A stretch of 58,656 nucleotides of DNA from Leisingera sp. (GTDB lineage Bacteria > Pseudomonadota > Alphaproteobacteria > Rhodobacterales > Rhodobacteraceae). The stretch spans positions 1 through 58,656 of the forward strand of contig NZ_JAXMOX010000001.1 in assembly GCF_034669605.1 (NCBI RefSeq), written 5' to 3'. Positions 55,552-58,656 of the stretch are shown in pieces. The position numbers and the translations under genes are program-made. Every line of letters starts with the position of its first letter. Within the stretch, counting starts at the first letter, position 1. The notes below the pieces were generated by a model. The model worked only from the letters and a program-made list of their open reading frames with translations, made no database searches and was not told the DNA's origin.

Positions 55552-56853
55552 ATGCCGATCAAATCTTTGCTCTGTGCCTCGGCCGTTCTGGCCGTTGCTG
55601 GCAGCACCGCATTTGCAGAAACCGAAATTCAGTGGTGGCACGCCATGGGCGGCACCAACGGTGAACGCGTCAAAAAGATCGCCGAAGATTTCAACGCCAC
55701 GCAGGACGACTACAAAGTGGTGCCCGTCTACAAGGGCAACTACACCGAGACGATGACGGCAGCGATTGCCGCCTTCCGCGCCAAGGAACACCCGCAGATT
55801 GTGCAGGTCTTCGAGGTCGGCACCGCCACCATGATGGCCGCCAAAGGCGCGATCTATCCGGTTGAAAAACTGATGAAGGACGCGGGCGAACCCTTCAACG
55901 GCGACGATTACCTGCCCGCGGTTGTGTCTTACTACCAGACCCCAGAAGGGGAACTGCTGTCGATGCCCTTCAACAGCTCCTCCCCGGTTCTGTGGTACAA
56001 CAAGGACGCGCTGGACGCCGCTGGTGCCGACGTTCCCACCACCTGGGACGAAGTGCGCACCGCCTCGCAGAAGCTGGTCGGCAACGGCATGAAATGCGGC
56101 GTCTCCTTCGGCTACCAGTCCTGGGTGATGATCGAAAACTACTCAGCCTGGCACAACCTGCCCTCCGGCACCAAGGAAAACGGCTTTGCCGGCTTCGACA
56201 CCGAACTGACCTTCAACAATGACAAGGTCGTGGCGCGGCTGGACGATATTGCCGAAATGGGCAAGGAAGGCCTGTTTGTCTACGGCGGCCGCCGCGGCGA
56301 CAGCCTGCCGATGTTCACCAACGGCGACTGCGGCATGTGGATGAACTCCTCGGCCTATTACGGTTCGATCGCCGAGCAGGCCGGTTTCGAATTCGGCCAG
56401 ACCATGCTGCCGCTGGACACCAAGGTGGCTGACGCACCGCAGAACTCGATCATTGGCGGCGCTACCCTGTGGGTCCTGGCCGGCCATGAAGAGGAAGAGT
56501 ACAAAGGCACCGCCAAGTTCATGACCTATCTGTCCTCGCCCGAAGTGCAGGCCTGGTGGCACCAGGAGACCGGCTATGTGCCGATCACCACCGCCGCTTA
56601 TGAGCTGTCCAAGGAACAGGGTTTCTATGAAAAGAACCCCGGCACCGACACCGCGATCAAACAGCTGAGCCTGAACACCCCTACCGCCAACAGCCGCGGC
56701 ATCCGCTATGGCAATTTTGTTCAGATCCGCGACGTGATCAACGAAGAGCTGGAAGCGCTGTGGGGCGGCGAGAAGTCCGCACAGGAAGCCCTGGATGCAG
56801 CCGTGGAACGCGGCAACGACCTGCTGCGCCGCTTTGAGCGCTCGGCCAAGTAA
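55552..56853 (+). CDS. ugpB: sn-glycerol-3-phosphate ABC substrate-binding protein
   Basis: IQWWHAMGG, QVFEVGTATMM, PFNSSSP, PQNSIIGGA, WHQETGY. Confidence 0.92.
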   Translation: MPIKSLLCASAVLAVAGSTAFAETEIQWWHAMGGTNGERVKKIAEDFNATQDDYKVVPVYKGNYTETMTAAIAAFRAKEHPQIVQVFEVGTATMMAAKGAIYPVEKLMKDAGEPFNGDDYLPAVVSYYQTPEGELLSMPFNSSSPVLWYNKDALDAAGADVPTTWDEVRTASQKLVGNGMKCGVSFGYQSWVMIENYSAWHNLPSGTKENGFAGFDTELTFNNDKVVARLDDIAEMGKEGLFVYGGRRGDSLPMFTNGDCGMWMNSSAYYGSIAEQAGFEFGQTMLPLDTKVADAPQNSIIGGATLWVLAGHEEEEYKGTAKFMTYLSSPEVQAWWHQETGYVPITTAAYELSKEQGFYEKNPGTDTAIKQLSLNTPTANSRGIRYGNFVQIRDVINEELEALWGGEKSAQEALDAAVERGNDLLRRFERSAK

Positions 56854-56871
56854 CCCATCCTGACGACCCGG

Positions 56872-56907
56872 CCCAGCCGCCCTTTGCAATGGGCGGCTGG
56901 GTCTTTT
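56872..56907 (+). terminator. Hairpin with T-tract between ugpB and ugpA (partial terminator or mRNA stabiliser)
   Basis: cccagccgccc-N8-gggcggctggg followed by tctttt. Confidence 0.65.
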
Positions 56908-56923
56908 CCTGATTGGGGGCTTC

Positions 56924-57805
56924 ATGCTCAAACGGGTGCATTTCCCTTCTTCCCTGCTGCCCTACCTGCTGGTGGCGCCGCAAATTATCATCACTTTGGT
57001 GTTCTTCATCTGGCCCGCAAGCCAGGCGATGTACCAGTCGTTCCTGATCGAGGACGCCTTTGGCCTTGGCACCGAATTTGTCTGGTTCGAGAATTTCGAG
57101 CAGCTGCTGACCGACAGCCATTACCTTGCCAGTTTCCAGCGCACCGCGGTGTTCTCCCTCTTGGTGGCGGGTCTGTCGATGGGCACAGCGCTGATCCTCG
57201 CGGGCTTTGCCCAGCGGGTGGTGCGCGGCGCGATGTTCTACCGGACCCTGCTGATCTGGCCCTATGCGGTCGCCCCCGTTCTGGCCGGTGCCCTGTGGGT
57301 CTTCATGTTCAATCCCACCCTAGGCATCTTCCCCTATTTCCTGGAATTCGCAGGCATCACCTGGAACCATTACCTGAACGGCTCCCAGGCGATGGCGCTG
57401 GTGATCCTGGCCGCGGCGTGGAAGCAGGTCGCCTATAACTTCCTGTTCTACCTCGCCGCCATGCAATCGATCCCCAATTCGGTGATCGAGGCCGCCGCCA
57501 TCGACGGCGCAGGCCCGGCGCGGCGGTTCTGGACCATCATCTTCCCGCTGATTTCGCCCACCACGTTTTTCCTGCTGGTGATCAACATGGTCTACGCCTT
57601 TTTCGAGACCTTCGGCATCATCCACGCCGTCACCCAGGGCGGCCCCGGCACCTCCACCACCATTCTGGTCTACAAGGTGTTCAACGACGGCTTTGTCGGT
57701 CTCGACCTCGGGGGCTCGGCGGCGCAGTCGGTTGTGCTGATGGTGCTGGTCATCGCGATGACCGTGGTCCAGTTCCGCTTTGTTGAAAGAAAGGTGGCAT
57801 ACTGA
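56924..57805 (+). CDS. ugpA: sn-glycerol-3-phosphate ABC permease
   Basis: [34 protein letters not shown]. Confidence 0.92.
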   Translation: MLKRVHFPSSLLPYLLVAPQIIITLVFFIWPASQAMYQSFLIEDAFGLGTEFVWFENFEQLLTDSHYLASFQRTAVFSLLVAGLSMGTALILAGFAQRVVRGAMFYRTLLIWPYAVAPVLAGALWVFMFNPTLGIFPYFLEFAGITWNHYLNGSQAMALVILAAAWKQVAYNFLFYLAAMQSIPNSVIEAAAIDGAGPARRFWTIIFPLISPTTFFLLVINMVYAFFETFGIIHAVTQGGPGTSTTILVYKVFNDGFVGLDLGGSAAQSVVLMVLVIAMTVVQFRFVERKVAY

Positions 57806-58656
57806 TGGTCGAAAACCGCCCCCTGACCGCCTTCCTCACCCATCTGGTGCTGATCCTTGGCGTCATTGCCATCGCGCTGCCGGTGTGGATCACCTTTGTT
57901 GCCGCCACCCATGATCAGCTGCGGATGAACCAGGCGCCGCTGCCGCTGTGGCCCGGCGACCACTTTCTGGAAAACATGAAGCAGACCCTGTTCGGCTCCG
58001 GCCTCAGCGGCACCGAAGGCGCACCGGTCTGGCTGATGCTGCTGAACTCATTGGCGATGGCGCTGATGATTTCAACCGGCAAGATCGCCATTTCGCTGCT
58101 GTCGGCCTTTGCCATCGTCTATTTCAAGTTCCCGTTCCGCATGGGGTTCTTCTGGATGATCTTCATCACCCTGATGCTGCCGGTCGAGGTCCGCATCCTG
58201 CCCACCTTCGAGGTGGTCGCCAATCTGGGGATGCTGAACAGCTATTGGGGCCTGTCGATCCCGCTGATCGCTTCGGCCACCGCGACCTTCATGTTCCGCC
58301 AGGTGTTCCTGACGGTGCCGGATGAGCTGCTGGAGAGCGCCCGCATCGACGGCGCCGGGCCGCTGCGGTTCTTCTTCGACATCCTGCTGCCGCTGTCGCG
58401 CACCAATATCGCGGCGCTGTTCGTGATCCTGTTTATCTTCGGCTGGAACCAGTACCTCTGGCCGCTGCTGGTCACCACCGACACATCGATGACCACCATC
58501 GTGATGTCGATCAAGCAGATGCTGGAGGCCGCGGAGCAAAGCCCGCAGTGGAACATCATCATGACAACCGCCCTGCTGGCGATGATCCCGCCGGTGTTCG
58601 TGGTCATCGCAATGCAAAAGCTCTTTGTGCAGGGCTTGACGGAGTCTGCTCCGGTC
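57805..58656 (+). CDS. ugpE: sn-glycerol-3-phosphate ABC permease, running off the window end (absent from the ORF track)
   Basis: TGATG overlap; MVENRP..., ITLMLPVEVRILPT, ESARIDGAG, GWNQYLWPL. Confidence 0.9.
   Translation, partial: MVENRPLTAFLTHLVLILGVIAIALPVWITFVAATHDQLRMNQAPLPLWPGDHFLENMKQTLFGSGLSGTEGAPVWLMLLNSLAMALMISTGKIAISLLSAFAIVYFKFPFRMGFFWMIFITLMLPVEVRILPTFEVVANLGMLNSYWGLSIPLIASATATFMFRQVFLTVPDELLESARIDGAGPLRFFFDILLPLSRTNIAALFVILFIFGWNQYLWPLLVTTDTSMTTIVMSIKQMLEAAEQSPQWNIIMTTALLAMIPPVFVVIAMQKLFVQGLTESAPV

Noticed and set aside
58630-58656. ugpE ends GLTESAPV with no stop, unlike the usual ...ETEK*
   Set aside because: It is at the window edge, so a junction cannot be told from natural variation

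Overview
GC-rich alphaproteobacterial DNA. Gene content and intergenic repeats suggest the Roseobacter group/Rhodobacteraceae (inference). The window is almost entirely catabolic modules for nitrogenous small molecules, each with its own regulator. The most notable feature is a putative histamine-degradation regulon (35758-48628). It combines a TMADH-family enzyme with histamine-dehydrogenase active-site residues, a dodecin, homologues of the Pseudomonas hinF/L/H/D/K/G genes and a PotABCD-like importer. Three of its promoter regions share a TT(A/C)G-NN-TGC-NN-CTAA box. Next to it is a trigonelline (tgn-type) ring-cleavage cluster with a perfect GntR palindrome. Also present: a carnitine cluster with a BCCT transporter and acetoacetate-CoA ligase; an FMN-glutamate-synthase/ThDP-enzyme/ALDH operon; LuxR-agmatinase; a GMC plus enolase-superfamily pair; a GcvT-family amine dehydrogenase; an AbrB-Doc toxin-antitoxin pair; a LysR-GST-PNPOx/ferredoxin cassette; and ugpBAE. 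Several intergenic gaps are collapsed pseudogenes (TRAP fusion permease/IclR, MttB methyltransferase, a GcvT paralogue), and two families of dispersed structured repeats are present. I saw no rRNA, tRNA, CRISPR array or transposase. All family assignments come from motif recognition and recalled reference sequences, not database searches.
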